Positions 53,317 to 63,307 of a stretch of DNA of 64,000 nucleotides are shown piece after piece; position 1 is the stretch's first letter; each line of letters begins with the position of its first letter. The notes under the pieces were generated by a model. That model was not told where the DNA came from. It did not search any database and saw nothing but the letters and a program-made list of their open reading frames with translations. The DNA comes from Patescibacteria group bacterium. GTDB taxonomy: Bacteria > Patescibacteriota > Minisyncoccia > Phycocordibacterales > CAIRYW01. The position numbers and the translations under genes are program-made. The DNA lies in the NCBI GenBank assembly GCA_040389185.1, contig JAZKAJ010000006.1:2914-66913 (forward strand). Direction: 5' to 3'.

Positions 53317-54510
53317 TCATGCTTCAGATAAGAAGGTTGCAGTCACTGTGGTTATTGTGCTCATAGTAACCATACATGTTCCAGTCCCTGAACAGCCACC
53401 TCCAGTCCAACCAAGGAAAGTGGCACCTATACCTGGAGACGCAGTAAGTGTAACAATACTACCTGACGCAAACGAATGGGAACAAGTCGAGCCACAGGCA
53501 ATACCTGCCGGGGTACTTGTGATCATCCCATCTCCCACAAGGATAACATTTAAAGCATAAGTATTAAGAGTGAACGTCGCGGTGACCGTTGTGTCATTAT
53601 CAAGTGTTACAACACAAGGACCAGTACCTGAACATGCACCAGACCAACCAGAGAATGTTGAGCCAGCATCAGCAGATGCGGTAAGTGTCACAGTGGTGCC
53701 TGATGAATATGAAGAAGAACAAGTCGAGCCGCAAGCAATACCCGCGGGAGTACTCATGACCACCCCATTTCCAGACCCAGATTTAGCAACGGTGAATGAA
53801 TATGTAGGTATTGGAAGTGTTGTCACATCGAGTATTGATGAATATTCGGAAACATTACCTGCAACATCTTTTGCCTTAATCTGGTAACGATAGAGTGTAT
53901 CAGCACTCAGGTCTGCATCATCAAATGAGGAGGTAGTTGGATTACCAATCTCAATAAAATCAGTACACCCATCACCTTCACATCGCTCAAGAATGTATTT
54001 TAAAAATCCTGAACCTCCTACATCAGTAGAATCCGACCAATCCAAAGACAGAGTTGTCTCTGTAATATTTGATGATTCGAGATCAGTCGGTATCGTAGGT
54101 GCTGTTCTATCTGCATGACTGCGAATGATTGTGCCCGACCTCACCTTTGGCAATATTAGACCAATCGTAGTCGTACTCATATTAGAGATCTGTAGAGGAG
54201 TGGATAGATGAGCTCGAGTAAGCGGACCAACAATTCCTATAGGAACAATTCCGTTCGCCCTTTGAAAATCAATAACAGCCGTTTTTGTTAGTGGTCCAAA
54301 ATATCCTGTCGCTGTTGGATACGAGAAAAAACCTAAACTCTTTAAGATATTTTGCAGAGTCAAAACCTCACTTCCACTTAATCCAAGATAAAGACTGTGA
54401 GTAATAGATAGTGATGGAACAGAAGATAATACTTCCGCATTTAGCGTTGTAGAAATACTAAAAATACAAAAGAATGCTAAGACAACCTTCGAAATACTTA
54501 TTTTCTTCAT
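53317..54510 (-). CDS. secreted cell-wall-associated protein: PG_binding_1 + fibronectin-III-like + two divergent InlB-B-repeat-like Cys-containing modules
   Basis: Signal peptide, LYLGLSGSEVLTLQNILKSLGF...GYFGPLTKTAVIDFQ (PG-binding), an FN3-like segment, then two repeats TPAGIACGSTCS.S..SG..VTLTAS...G.TF.GW.G.CSGTG.C.VT. Confidence 0.7.
   Translation of the reverse strand: MKKISISKVVLAFFCIFSISTTLNAEVLSSVPSLSITHSLYLGLSGSEVLTLQNILKSLGFFSYPTATGYFGPLTKTAVIDFQRANGIVPIGIVGPLTRAHLSTPLQISNMSTTTIGLILPKVRSGTIIRSHADRTAPTIPTDLESSNITETTLSLDWSDSTDVGGSGFLKYILERCEGDGCTDFIEIGNPTTSSFDDADLSADTLYRYQIKAKDVAGNVSEYSSILDVTTLPIPTYSFTVAKSGSGNGVVMSTPAGIACGSTCSSSYSSGTTVTLTASADAGSTFSGWSGACSGTGPCVVTLDNDTTVTATFTLNTYALNVILVGDGMITSTPAGIACGSTCSHSFASGSIVTLTASPGIGATFLGWTGGGCSGTGTCMVTMSTITTVTATFLSEA
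53380..53780. repeat. two near-identical DNA repeats of about 150 bp (period about 240 bp) encoding the InlB-B-like modules; locally GC-rich
   Basis: gaacaagtcgagccacaggcaatacctgccggggtacttgtgat versus gaacaagtcgagccgcaagcaatacccgcgggagtactcatgac, plus flanking similarity. Confidence 0.6.
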
Positions 54511-54595
54511 GAGAATATAATATCATAAAGGAGAAATTAAATATTTATAGACCACTTTTGTGTGGAAAACTAAACAAATAGTACTGCCCAATCTT

Positions 54596-55093
54596 CTATA
54601 TTATTTTTTCATTTATTTTTTCTGTCCCAAGTTTTACAAGCTTTTCATCCGCCATAACCTCTTCTTTAAGATTTGCTTCGAGAAGTTCGGACACTTCAGA
54701 AAATCCTAATTCTTCAGCCCAAATCAAAGCGGACATATACCCCGCCATTTCATAATGCTCTGCATATGATGCGGCAGCAATCAGATTTGCGTCGAGTGCT
54801 TCTTTTGGTTTTACATTTTTTATCACCCATCCTCCGTCTTCGATAATTCCTCGAATACCTGCAGATTTCATACTTCGTTCAGGTTTAGCACCAAGAAGTG
54901 TAAATATCTGCTCCAATCTTTTAGCATGACCCTTGGTTTCTTCAAGATGTGTTGTAAATCCGTTCTTAAGATCCTTGTCAGTTGCTGCTTTTGCTAGTTT
55001 TGGCAACGCTTTTATAAGCTCTTGCTCTATATCAAGAAGCACGGAAAGTTTAGTAATAAGAAGCGCTTGTAGATCTTTTGGTTTTGTTGTCAT
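54596..55093 (-). CDS. ferritin-like domain protein (DUF892/YciE family)
   Basis: LLDIEQELIKALPKLAKAA ... AASYAEHYEMAGYMSALIWAEELG four-helix ferritin-like pattern. Confidence 0.75.
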   Translation of the reverse strand: MTTKPKDLQALLITKLSVLLDIEQELIKALPKLAKAATDKDLKNGFTTHLEETKGHAKRLEQIFTLLGAKPERSMKSAGIRGIIEDGGWVIKNVKPKEALDANLIAAASYAEHYEMAGYMSALIWAEELGFSEVSELLEANLKEEVMADEKLVKLGTEKINEKII

Positions 55094-55171
55094 AAAAATT
55101 AAGTTAGTTGGTAATATCGTTCCAGAATTGGTGACGCTTCTTACTTAATGTTATGACAAATGTGCTTTCTA

Positions 55172-55465
55172 TTATTTACTTACCTCAGGATATTTTTTCT
55201 TTCGAAGTGGTGTATATTTCCACCACATTCGGGCCTCTGTACCATTCATAAAATCAACCGCAGCTATATAAGTATCCAAAACGCATGGATCTTGGCGCGT
55301 CTTTGTAATTTTGCAAATTTCTAAATAGAGCTTATAGGGATCTTTTTCTATTAAATCTTTTGGATCATTAAGCCCTAGCAATTTAAAATCTCGTGTCATC
55401 GCAGGTCCGATGTTTGGGATGTCTGTAAACTTTTTTACAAAGATATTCTTAGTTGCTTTCATTAT
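55172..55465 (-). CDS. helix-hairpin-helix DNA-binding protein (TfoX-C / Cdd1-like); start taken as Met MKATKNIF
   Basis: FTDIPNIGPAMTRDFKLLGLNDPKDL HhH motif. The longer track ORF (to 55552) would overlap the ABC transporter gene by about 100 nt. Confidence 0.45.
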   Translation of the reverse strand: MMKATKNIFVKKFTDIPNIGPAMTRDFKLLGLNDPKDLIEKDPYKLYLEICKITKTRQDPCVLDTYIAAVDFMNGTEARMWWKYTPLRKKKYPEVSK

Positions 55466-57332
55466 GAGCAAACTGACTATTGTAGAGAGATGCGTAGAAA
55501 CCATTTTGTGAAAGTAGATACTCGTGATTTCCCTGTTCAACAATATTTCCATCTCGCATTACAAGGATGAGATCTGCATTTTTGATGGTCGAAAGTCTGT
55601 GTGCAATTACAAAACTTGTTCTTCCGTGCATAAGTTTCTCCATCGCACTTTGAATTAATGTTTCTGTTCGAGTATCAACAGAGCTCGTCGCTTCGTCCAA
55701 AATGAGCATCGGAGTGTCTGCAAGCATCGCTCGTGCAATTGTCAAAAGCTGCTTTTCACCTTGAGAAATATTATCAGCCTCTTCGTTCAATTTCATATTA
55801 TATCCACCTGGAAGAGCTCGAATGAAGTGATCTGCGTGTGCCGCTTCTGCCGCGTGCACAACTTCATCATGAGTTGCATTCGTCTTTCCATATGCAATGT
55901 TTTCTTCGATTGTACCTGTAAAAAGCCAAGAGTCTTGAAGCACCATTCCAAAAAGTTTTCGGAGGTCCGATCGTTTCATATTTCTAATATCAATACCATC
56001 GATCTTAATAGCTCCACTATTTACATCATAAAATCGCATAAGAAGATTCACCATTGTAGTCTTGCCTGCTCCTGTTGGGCCTACAAGAGCCACTTTTTGT
56101 CCAGGCTTTATATTTGCAGTAAATCCGTGAATAATAGTCTTCTCCGGTGAATATCCAAAGACAATATTATCGAACTCCACACCACCTTTAACATCTGAAA
56201 GTACAATAGGATTTTCAATTTCTTTTACTTCATTTGATTCTCTAAGAAATTCAAATACTCGCTCTGCAGCCGCCGCAGTCGACTGCAAAACGTTTGCAAT
56301 GTTTGCTGTCTGAGTGATAGGTTGAGTGAACTGGTTCATATATTGAATGAATGCTTGAATGTCTCCAATTCTTATTTTGCCCTGGATCGCAAGCCACCCA
56401 CCAAGTACCGCTACACCAACATATCCGAGATTTCCCACAAATGTCATAATAGGCATCAAAAGTCCTGAGAAAAATTGAGACTTCCATGCACTATCATAAA
56501 GCTCATCATTGATACCTTTAAAAATATTTACAGATCTTTCTTCTCCATTAAACGCTTTCATCACAGTGTGTCCCGAAAACATTTCTTCAACATGTCCGTT
56601 TATTTTTCCAAGCGTTACCTGTTGAGTGACAAAATATTTTTGTGACCTGCCTACCACAAGACCGATAAGTCCAAAACTTATAGGCAAAACAATTATTGCA
56701 ACAAGTGTCATCTGCCAACTGATCGTGAGCATCATGACAAGGATTCCAATAAGTGATGTCACCGCAGTCACGATTTGAGTGAGGCCCTGGTTTAATGTTT
56801 GACTCACTGTATCAACATCATTTGTGACACGACTCAATACTTCTCCATGAGTTCGATTATCAAAATAACTAAGAGGAAGCTTATTTATTTTTTCTGAGAT
56901 ATCTCGCCTTAGATTGAATGTTACTTTCTGAGAAACGCCAGCCATTATCCATCCTTGAATATAACTAAAGAGCGCACTCACGACATAAAGTCCAACAAGG
57001 AGTTCAATAATTTTCAAAATTGCAACATAATCAATCCCTGCTCCACCAGATTGTTTATTTATAAATCCTGCGACAATATCATTTGTCACTTCACCAAGCA
57101 TCTTCGGACTTACGATTGCAAATACAGTACTCAAGACCGCAAACACAAGCACAACAATGATCGAGAGACGAAAAGGTCTCAAGTATTCGAGAAGTGTCCG
57201 CATCGTCGCCTTAAAATTCTTTGGCTTTTGCACAGGCATTCCCATTCCAGCCATTGGTCCTCCACGACCAAAACCATGCTGTGGGGGCGGTGGCGTTTTA
57301 GTCTCTTCTGTTTTTTTATTATCTTTATCCAT
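55449..57332 (-). CDS. ABC transporter permease/ATP-binding protein (exporter type), heterodimer partner 2
   Basis: 6-TM ABC_membrane domain. Walker A GPTGAGKTT, signature ISQGEKQLLTIARAM, Walker B ILDEATSSVD. Confidence 0.9.
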   Translation of the reverse strand: MDKDNKKTEETKTPPPPQHGFGRGGPMAGMGMPVQKPKNFKATMRTLLEYLRPFRLSIIVVLVFAVLSTVFAIVSPKMLGEVTNDIVAGFINKQSGGAGIDYVAILKIIELLVGLYVVSALFSYIQGWIMAGVSQKVTFNLRRDISEKINKLPLSYFDNRTHGEVLSRVTNDVDTVSQTLNQGLTQIVTAVTSLIGILVMMLTISWQMTLVAIIVLPISFGLIGLVVGRSQKYFVTQQVTLGKINGHVEEMFSGHTVMKAFNGEERSVNIFKGINDELYDSAWKSQFFSGLLMPIMTFVGNLGYVGVAVLGGWLAIQGKIRIGDIQAFIQYMNQFTQPITQTANIANVLQSTAAAAERVFEFLRESNEVKEIENPIVLSDVKGGVEFDNIVFGYSPEKTIIHGFTANIKPGQKVALVGPTGAGKTTMVNLLMRFYDVNSGAIKIDGIDIRNMKRSDLRKLFGMVLQDSWLFTGTIEENIAYGKTNATHDEVVHAAEAAHADHFIRALPGGYNMKLNEEADNISQGEKQLLTIARAMLADTPMLILDEATSSVDTRTETLIQSAMEKLMHGRTSFVIAHRLSTIKNADLILVMRDGNIVEQGNHEYLLSQNGFYASLYNSQFAHNESN

Positions 57333-57344
57333 AATGTTTGTTTG

Positions 57345-59081
57345 TTATTTGATATCCTCTAGCTCCTTCTCCGAAAGCTGTGACGATGCAATTTCTTGAT
57401 AGACAGGAGAGCTCTTCATAAGTTCTGCATGAGTCCCTTCTCCAACAATCTTTCCAGATTCAAGCACTATGATTTTCTCTGCGTGCATAATAGTACTGAT
57501 TCGTTGTGCAACAACAATCATCGTCTTACCTTTTGTCTCGGACTCGAGTGCCTTTCGGAGTGCCGCATCAGTTTTGAAATCGAGCGCAGAAAAACTATCG
57601 TCAAAAATATAAATCTCTGGTTTTTTTGCAAGTGCTCGAGCGATTGATAGTCGCTGCTTTTGTCCACCAGAGAAGTTGGCTCCAGCTTGAGCAATATGAC
57701 TTTCAAATTTGCCTTCCAAACCTTGGATAAAATCAGTTGCCTGAGCAACAGTAGCCGAGTGTTCTATGTCCTCAGTTTTTAGATCATGACTTCCATAAGC
57801 AATATTTTCTTTTATTGTCCCCGAAAAGAGCATTGCTTTTTGAGAAACGTATCCGATCCGACTTCGCAAATCATTCTGAGTCATCTTTCGTACATCAACC
57901 CCATCAACAAGAATTTCTCCTTTTGTGACATCATAGAATCGTGGAATGAGATTAATGACTGTTGATTTACCGCTACCCGTACTTCCCACAATCGCGGTCG
58001 TTTCTGACGGATTGGCTGAGAAAGAAATATCTGCGAGCACTGGTGCTTCAGCACCAACGTATGAAAACGAGACATTTTTGAATTCAACTTTACCTCCAAG
58101 ATGTGGAGCTTTGATAGGATTTTGTGGATCTTGGATAACTGGTTTTGATGCAAGCACTTCTGCGATTCGCTCTGCTGACACAGCAGCACGAGGCACCATA
58201 ATAAAAATAATTGAGAGCATAAGGAATGCAAATATTGCCTGCATCGCATACTGCATAAACGCGAGCATATCTCCGATAGCGAGATTTCCGAGATCAATTT
58301 GATGTGCACCATACCAGACGATTGCGATCGATGTGATACTCATAATAAGCATCATCGCAGGCTGCAAGATTGTCATGAGTCGGTTTACAAAGAGGTTTAC
58401 ATCAGTGAGTATTTTGTTGGATTCTCTGAATTTATTCTCCTCATATTTTTCTTTGTCATAAGCACGAATCACTCGAAGCCCTGTGAGTATTTCTCGAGTC
58501 ACAAGGTTTAATCTATCTACCAATTTTTGAAGTTGTTTAAAACGAGGGAGTGCAATACTAAATATCATTGCAATAACAGCAATGAGTGTAACAACCGCCA
58601 CAGTCATGATCCACGTCATTCCAGGCGCGAGAGCATATGCTTTGATGATAGCCATAACTCCCATAAACGGAGCCATGAGAGCAAGGCGAAGGAGCATAAT
58701 GAGAACCATCTGGATCTGCTGAATATCGTTCGTACTTCGAGTGATGAGTGATGCTGTCGAAAACGTATTGAATTCAACAAGTGAAAATCCTTCGATCTTG
58801 GTAAATACCGCATCACGAATATCTTTTGCAAATCCTGTACCAATTCGTGCCGAGAAATATCCAGCACCGACCGTGAGAATTCCACCACCTAAAGCAATAA
58901 GAAGCATAATGAGACCATAGCTATAGATCACACTCTGATTCCCACCCACTATTCCATCGTTAATAATATGGGCCGTGTAGTCAGGTAAAGAAAGGTTCGA
59001 AAACACCTGTCCAATTGTAAGAATGATCAAGAAAACAATAGGCCAGCTATAAGGTTTTAAGTATTTAAATAAATTAATCAT
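57345..59081 (-). CDS. ABC transporter permease/ATP-binding protein (exporter type), heterodimer partner 1
   Basis: 6-TM domain. Walker A GSTGSGKST, signature FSGGQKQRLSIARAL, Walker B IFDDSFSALD. Confidence 0.9.
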   Translation of the reverse strand: MINLFKYLKPYSWPIVFLIILTIGQVFSNLSLPDYTAHIINDGIVGGNQSVIYSYGLIMLLIALGGGILTVGAGYFSARIGTGFAKDIRDAVFTKIEGFSLVEFNTFSTASLITRSTNDIQQIQMVLIMLLRLALMAPFMGVMAIIKAYALAPGMTWIMTVAVVTLIAVIAMIFSIALPRFKQLQKLVDRLNLVTREILTGLRVIRAYDKEKYEENKFRESNKILTDVNLFVNRLMTILQPAMMLIMSITSIAIVWYGAHQIDLGNLAIGDMLAFMQYAMQAIFAFLMLSIIFIMVPRAAVSAERIAEVLASKPVIQDPQNPIKAPHLGGKVEFKNVSFSYVGAEAPVLADISFSANPSETTAIVGSTGSGKSTVINLIPRFYDVTKGEILVDGVDVRKMTQNDLRSRIGYVSQKAMLFSGTIKENIAYGSHDLKTEDIEHSATVAQATDFIQGLEGKFESHIAQAGANFSGGQKQRLSIARALAKKPEIYIFDDSFSALDFKTDAALRKALESETKGKTMIVVAQRISTIMHAEKIIVLESGKIVGEGTHAELMKSSPVYQEIASSQLSEKELEDIK

Positions 59082-59200
59082 GTGAATTTTCTATGTAGAG
59101 AGAGTACATTTTACTCCAAAAAGGCTAATGCCGCTATGTTAAGGAAGACGGATTTTTTGAGGGGTTATGACAATGAGACCTTAAAGAGATAAGGATCTGC

Positions 59201-60010
59201 TTATCCAAAAATATTTTTATCTTCTTCTATAAGCCAAGCACCAAAAGACCTAAGCAAGTGCTGCATTTGCACTTTATTAGATGTTGGATTCTTAGTATAT
59301 TCAAACAACTCATCCAACTCTTCTTTTTTTTCAGGATAATATTGAGAGACCATCTGCACCAATTTTGGAATTTCCATTGTGTAGGAGTTTTCTTTCCACA
59401 TACATAACATACCTGAACTACGGATAATTCGTTTTGAGATCCATTTACTAATTTCCATTATTTCTTTAGCATCATTGGTTCCTGCCAGATCCTCTTTTGC
59501 AGTTTCAACATCTTTCTTGACATCAACTCGAATTCGACCCATTGTTTCTTTATCTAATTTATAGTCAGGCAATTCTGGATTAAAATCCTTTCCATACACC
59601 CACGCTGAAAAATCTTTCATTTGAAATTTTTTCCCTTCGCTTATATGATCGACTGAGATAAGATGAATCTCCACCCCTCGCTGAAACGGAAATAGAGTAT
59701 CAATTCTTTTTTCCTCATCTAAAACCCAAACATCATCCAGCCGCCCACATTCTTCCTCGGTCAAATCCACGATTACATATGAGTCAACATCTGATTTGTT
59801 TTCTATCGCTTCACCATGAGAAACACTGCCACCAATATATATAGAAATGAGCTTTGAACCTAAATGTTCATTGCAAGTTTTTATTATCTCATCAACAGCC
59901 TCTTTCCATTTTCCAGTTATCTTTTCTGGAGAAGCTTCTTTAATAAGGATTCTATTCTCATCAATATGTATGGTAGGCATAGAATTAATTATACCACTTG
60001 AATCTATCAC
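59201..60010 (-). CDS. Pol-beta-superfamily nucleotidyltransferase, ANT(3'')/aadA-like aminoglycoside adenylyltransferase family
   Basis: ISIYIGGSVSHGEAIENKSDVDSYVIV matches the GS-x(n)-DxD motif. 269 aa, the same size class as AadA. Confidence 0.5.
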   Translation of the reverse strand: MIDSSGIINSMPTIHIDENRILIKEASPEKITGKWKEAVDEIIKTCNEHLGSKLISIYIGGSVSHGEAIENKSDVDSYVIVDLTEEECGRLDDVWVLDEEKRIDTLFPFQRGVEIHLISVDHISEGKKFQMKDFSAWVYGKDFNPELPDYKLDKETMGRIRVDVKKDVETAKEDLAGTNDAKEIMEISKWISKRIIRSSGMLCMWKENSYTMEIPKLVQMVSQYYPEKKEELDELFEYTKNPTSNKVQMQHLLRSFGAWLIEEDKNIFG

Positions 60011-60036
60011 CTTGACACCTTACACCATTTTACGAT

Positions 60037-60399
60037 ATGATACCTTTATACAACAAGGTACCTAAATATTTAAACAATATGGACCACAACAATGAAAAAT
60101 TTGGCGCAATACGTAAAGGACTCCTCGAGTTTATTCTTTTGAAGATGATTAATTCGAGAGCACTTTATGTTGCCGATATTTTAAAAGAGATCAATCAAAC
60201 AGACTTTGCTACCCAAGAAGGTACTCTCTATCCCCTCTTGAGCCGCATGCGTCGTGATGGATTTTTGGACTATGAGTGGAAGGAATCAGAAGTAGGACCA
60301 CCTCGCAAATACTACAGCCTCACCAGGAAAGGCAAAGCAGAATTAAAAGAAACAGAAGATTATTGGCAAAAAATTAATACTATAATCAAAAACATATGA
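60037..60399 (+). CDS. PadR-family transcriptional regulator; start may be the internal Met at 60079
   Basis: LYPLLSRMRRDGFLDYEW...PRKYYSLTRKG winged-helix signature. Confidence 0.85.
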   Translation: MIPLYNKVPKYLNNMDHNNEKFGAIRKGLLEFILLKMINSRALYVADILKEINQTDFATQEGTLYPLLSRMRRDGFLDYEWKESEVGPPRKYYSLTRKGKAELKETEDYWQKINTIIKNI

Positions 60400-61256
60400 A
60401 CAAAGTAATCACAATCAATCTCGCAGGCAGATCATACTCAGTCGAAGAAACGGGATACAATGCACTAAAAATTTATCTCGATAATGCGGCCATAAAACTT
60501 GAAACTGATCCAGACAAAGAAGAGATCCTCAAGGACTTCAATCTCGCCATCGCAGAAAAATGTGACACTTACCTGAGTTCAACAAAAAATGTTGTCCTAT
60601 CATCAGAGATTGAAACAATTATTAAAGAAATGGGGGCAGTCGACACTACGACAAATACCACTCCTTCTGATAAAAAATTAGAGGATGAGAATGGACCAAA
60701 ACGCCACAAAAAATTCTATCGCCTTCCAGACGAAGGTATTATTTTCGGAGTATGTAGCGGACTTGCTGCATACCTTGAAATGGATGTGACGCTTGTCCGA
60801 ATTATATTTATCGCTCTTACAGTGCTTACTCACGGCGCTTGGGTCGCTGTTTATTTTGTAATATGGATGCTTGTGCCAAAAGCTGACACTCCTGAAGAAA
60901 AAGCTGAAGCGTGGGGTGCGATTCGTACTACCGCACAGGATTTGTTGCATCGAGCACGAACAGGATTCGAACATTTCAAAAATACCGACGAAGCAAAGAA
61001 ATGGAAAAGACAACTAAGAAATGAGCGGAAGCAATGGCAGAAGCGAGAACGATGGCACGCAACTCAAAACAAGTCCCCATTGTATGAATTAGTACAAAGT
61101 ATTATTGGTATGGCTTGGCTCATACTCATCATATATATTATGTGGTTTGGATATGAACATGTTGGAGCGGTTCGAGATCTCTTTGATGCGATCGGTAATC
61201 TACTGGACAGAGCCGTCACACAACTCACAGAGTGGTTGAATGAGCAGGTGGGATAG
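60396..61256 (+). CDS. PspC-domain membrane protein
   Basis: KKFYRLPDEGIIFGVCSGLAAYLEMDVTLVRIIFIAL (PspC domain) plus TM helices. Overlaps PadR by 4 nt, suggesting an operon. Confidence 0.8.
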   Translation: MNKVITINLAGRSYSVEETGYNALKIYLDNAAIKLETDPDKEEILKDFNLAIAEKCDTYLSSTKNVVLSSEIETIIKEMGAVDTTTNTTPSDKKLEDENGPKRHKKFYRLPDEGIIFGVCSGLAAYLEMDVTLVRIIFIALTVLTHGAWVAVYFVIWMLVPKADTPEEKAEAWGAIRTTAQDLLHRARTGFEHFKNTDEAKKWKRQLRNERKQWQKRERWHATQNKSPLYELVQSIIGMAWLILIIYIMWFGYEHVGAVRDLFDAIGNLLDRAVTQLTEWLNEQVG

Positions 61257-61272
61257 AGATCATATTTTTATT

Positions 61273-61316
61273 TAAAAAACGATCCGTGTTTTTTTACACG
61301 GATCGTTATTTTTTAA
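61273..61316. terminator. strong bidirectional rho-independent terminator
   Basis: aaaaaa-cgatccgtg-ttttttta-cacggatcg-ttattttttaa, with a 10-bp perfect stem. Confidence 0.8.
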
Positions 61317-61333
61317 TTTAGAATTGTTTGAAC

Positions 61334-61771
61334 TTATCCCAATTTCTCTGCCAACTCCAAAATAATTCCTTCTGGTCCGCGGATATAGCAGAGTTTGTAT
61401 ACATTTTCATAATTGTATATCTCACCCATAAGTTCAAAACCTTTCTGCCTTAGTTTGGCTGTGATTCCCTCCACATCCTGAACATCAAAACAAATATGCC
61501 TAATACCAAGTGTATTTGAAAAAGAAGGCTGTATACCTTTGTCATCTACAGGATTATAGAACTTTACGAGCTCGATGTTTGCTTCACCATCAGGGGTTTG
61601 CATCATAACAATCTTATCCTTAACGTTTTCAAGTGCAATGATCTTTCCTACCCATTCACCTTCCACCTCCTGTTCGCCCACCACCTTGAGACCAAGCTCG
61701 AGGAAAAAGCCTTTTGCAGCTTCCAAGTCTTCGACTATGATTCCTACATGGTCTATTTTGTTTATTTTCAT
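61334..61771 (-). CDS. VOC-family (glyoxalase/bleomycin-resistance fold) protein
   Basis: IDHVGIIVEDLEAAKGFF ... HICFDVQDVEGITAKLRQKGFEL. Confidence 0.85.
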   Translation of the reverse strand: MKINKIDHVGIIVEDLEAAKGFFLELGLKVVGEQEVEGEWVGKIIALENVKDKIVMMQTPDGEANIELVKFYNPVDDKGIQPSFSNTLGIRHICFDVQDVEGITAKLRQKGFELMGEIYNYENVYKLCYIRGPEGIILELAEKLG

Positions 61772-61779
61772 ATTTTTTA

Positions 61780-62127
61780 TTATTTCCTCAAAATATCTTC
61801 CATCTTTTTCCCTTTCGCAAGTTCATCAATAAGCTTATCGAGATATCGCATTTCTTTCATGACCCGATCTTTTATTTCTTCTATTCGGACTCCACAAATC
61901 ATACCTGTGATCAAAGTTCTTTTGGGATTGAGCTTTGCTTTGCCAAAGAAATTTTCAAAATCCGTTTCTTTTTCCAAATGCTTTTCAAATTGCTTTTGTG
62001 TATATCCTGTTAACCATCGAATGATCTCATCCACTTCGTCCTTTGTGCGACCTTTTCTCTCCGCTTTTGCGATGTAATACGGATATACTTTTGCAAAACT
62101 TGTCTTATATAAATTTTCTAGTTTCAT
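61780..62127 (-). CDS. DUF2200-like hypothetical protein
   Basis: 115 aa. [32 protein letters not shown] pattern. Confidence 0.5.
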   Translation of the reverse strand: MKLENLYKTSFAKVYPYYIAKAERKGRTKDEVDEIIRWLTGYTQKQFEKHLEKETDFENFFGKAKLNPKRTLITGMICGVRIEEIKDRVMKEMRYLDKLIDELAKGKKMEDILRK

Positions 62128-62163
62128 AATACTTTAGAGAGTTTGTTAAGTAATGAGTCCTCA

Positions 62164-62469
62164 TTATACAGCTGGCTCATAATTCAAAACTTCACGACCT
62201 GGAAAATCCTTGTTGAGAATTTCTAACACTTCGGGAAATGACACTTCACCATAGACACTACTCTTATCCCACACATAAATATTTTTATCCTCGATTTTAA
62301 TTTTTGCACCTCCTTTTATGCTTATAATCTCAACACCTTCATTCTTCATTTTCTCCACAATATCTTTGTGGAATTTAACACTTGGGTCACCCCACAATAA
62401 AGTCCCTTTTTCTGTTTCCACCATGACAAACTTCATAACTCTATTTAACTCGAGATTATTTTTCATCAC
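62164..62469 (-). CDS. hypothetical protein
   Basis: Clean ORF of 101 aa in a tightly packed minus-strand array. No recognisable motif. Confidence 0.4.
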   Translation of the reverse strand: MMKNNLELNRVMKFVMVETEKGTLLWGDPSVKFHKDIVEKMKNEGVEIISIKGGAKIKIEDKNIYVWDKSSVYGEVSFPEVLEILNKDFPGREVLNYEPAV

Positions 62470-62473
62470 TAGA

Positions 62474-63088
62474 TTATTTATTAATGTCCCCCGTTTTCAA
62501 TTCCCCTACTGGTTCGTAAGTTGCAATGATAACACCTGTCGTTGAAATTTTTGATTCAGCAAGTTTAAATGTTTTTGGTTTTGTACCGTTTTGAAATAGA
62601 CGTTTGCCACACCCAATAGTCACAGGATAAGTTAATATGTGCATAATATCTATAAGATCCTCTGCAAGCAAGGTCTGAATCAGGTTCCCACTTCCCCATA
62701 CCCAAAGATCAGGACCATCCATTTCTTTTAGTTTTTTTATTTCCTCAACCACATCACCTGATACAAGAGTAGAGTTTTGCCATGAAAGTTCTTTGGGCGT
62801 GTGCGAGACGACATATTTTCGAGTACTATTGAAAGGTACAGAGACTTCATTATCGATAGTTGCGGTTGGCCAATATGAAGCAAAGATATCATAAGTAATT
62901 CTACCCAAAAGAAGTTCGAATGGCTGGTTCATAAATCCACCTATAACATTATCTGATATAGAATCATCAAATTTTCCATACTGCCATCCGCCATATTTAA
63001 ACCCCTCTGCAGTATCTTCTTGTGATCCACCTGGAGCCTGCATAACTCCGTCTAATGTAACAAACGTTGTTGTGATTATTTTTCTCAT
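62474..63088 (-). CDS. dihydrofolate-reductase-family protein (RibD_C/YwjB-like)
   Basis: ITTTFVTLDGVMQAPGG...LLLGRITYD...VWGSGNLIQTLL pattern. Second DHFR-family paralog in the window. Confidence 0.8.
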   Translation of the reverse strand: MRKIITTTFVTLDGVMQAPGGSQEDTAEGFKYGGWQYGKFDDSISDNVIGGFMNQPFELLLGRITYDIFASYWPTATIDNEVSVPFNSTRKYVVSHTPKELSWQNSTLVSGDVVEEIKKLKEMDGPDLWVWGSGNLIQTLLAEDLIDIMHILTYPVTIGCGKRLFQNGTKPKTFKLAESKISTTGVIIATYEPVGELKTGDINK

Positions 63089-63307
63089 AGTTAAATTATA
63101 ACGCTAACCAATAATTTATAAAGACGTAATATTCAATGGTTTATTTCCAACAAGCGAGGTGAAAAGCGAATACATGGAGCTTTGCAAGACCTTGAATATT
63201 TTGTATTCAAAATGTGAAAGGTGTACAGTTCCTGTAAGGAAAGTGTGAATGAGTATCCTCATACACAACGTCCGAGGCGAAGTTGGAACAAAGGATTTCT
63301 AGATCCT

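Noticed and set aside
59201-60010. Considered a cGAS/DncV-like (CBASS) nucleotidyltransferase because of the GS...DxD motif
   Set aside because: 269 aa is too short for CD-NTases. The motif spacing fits ANT(3'')/aadA-type adenylyltransferases better, and no effector or ancillary CBASS genes are adjacent.
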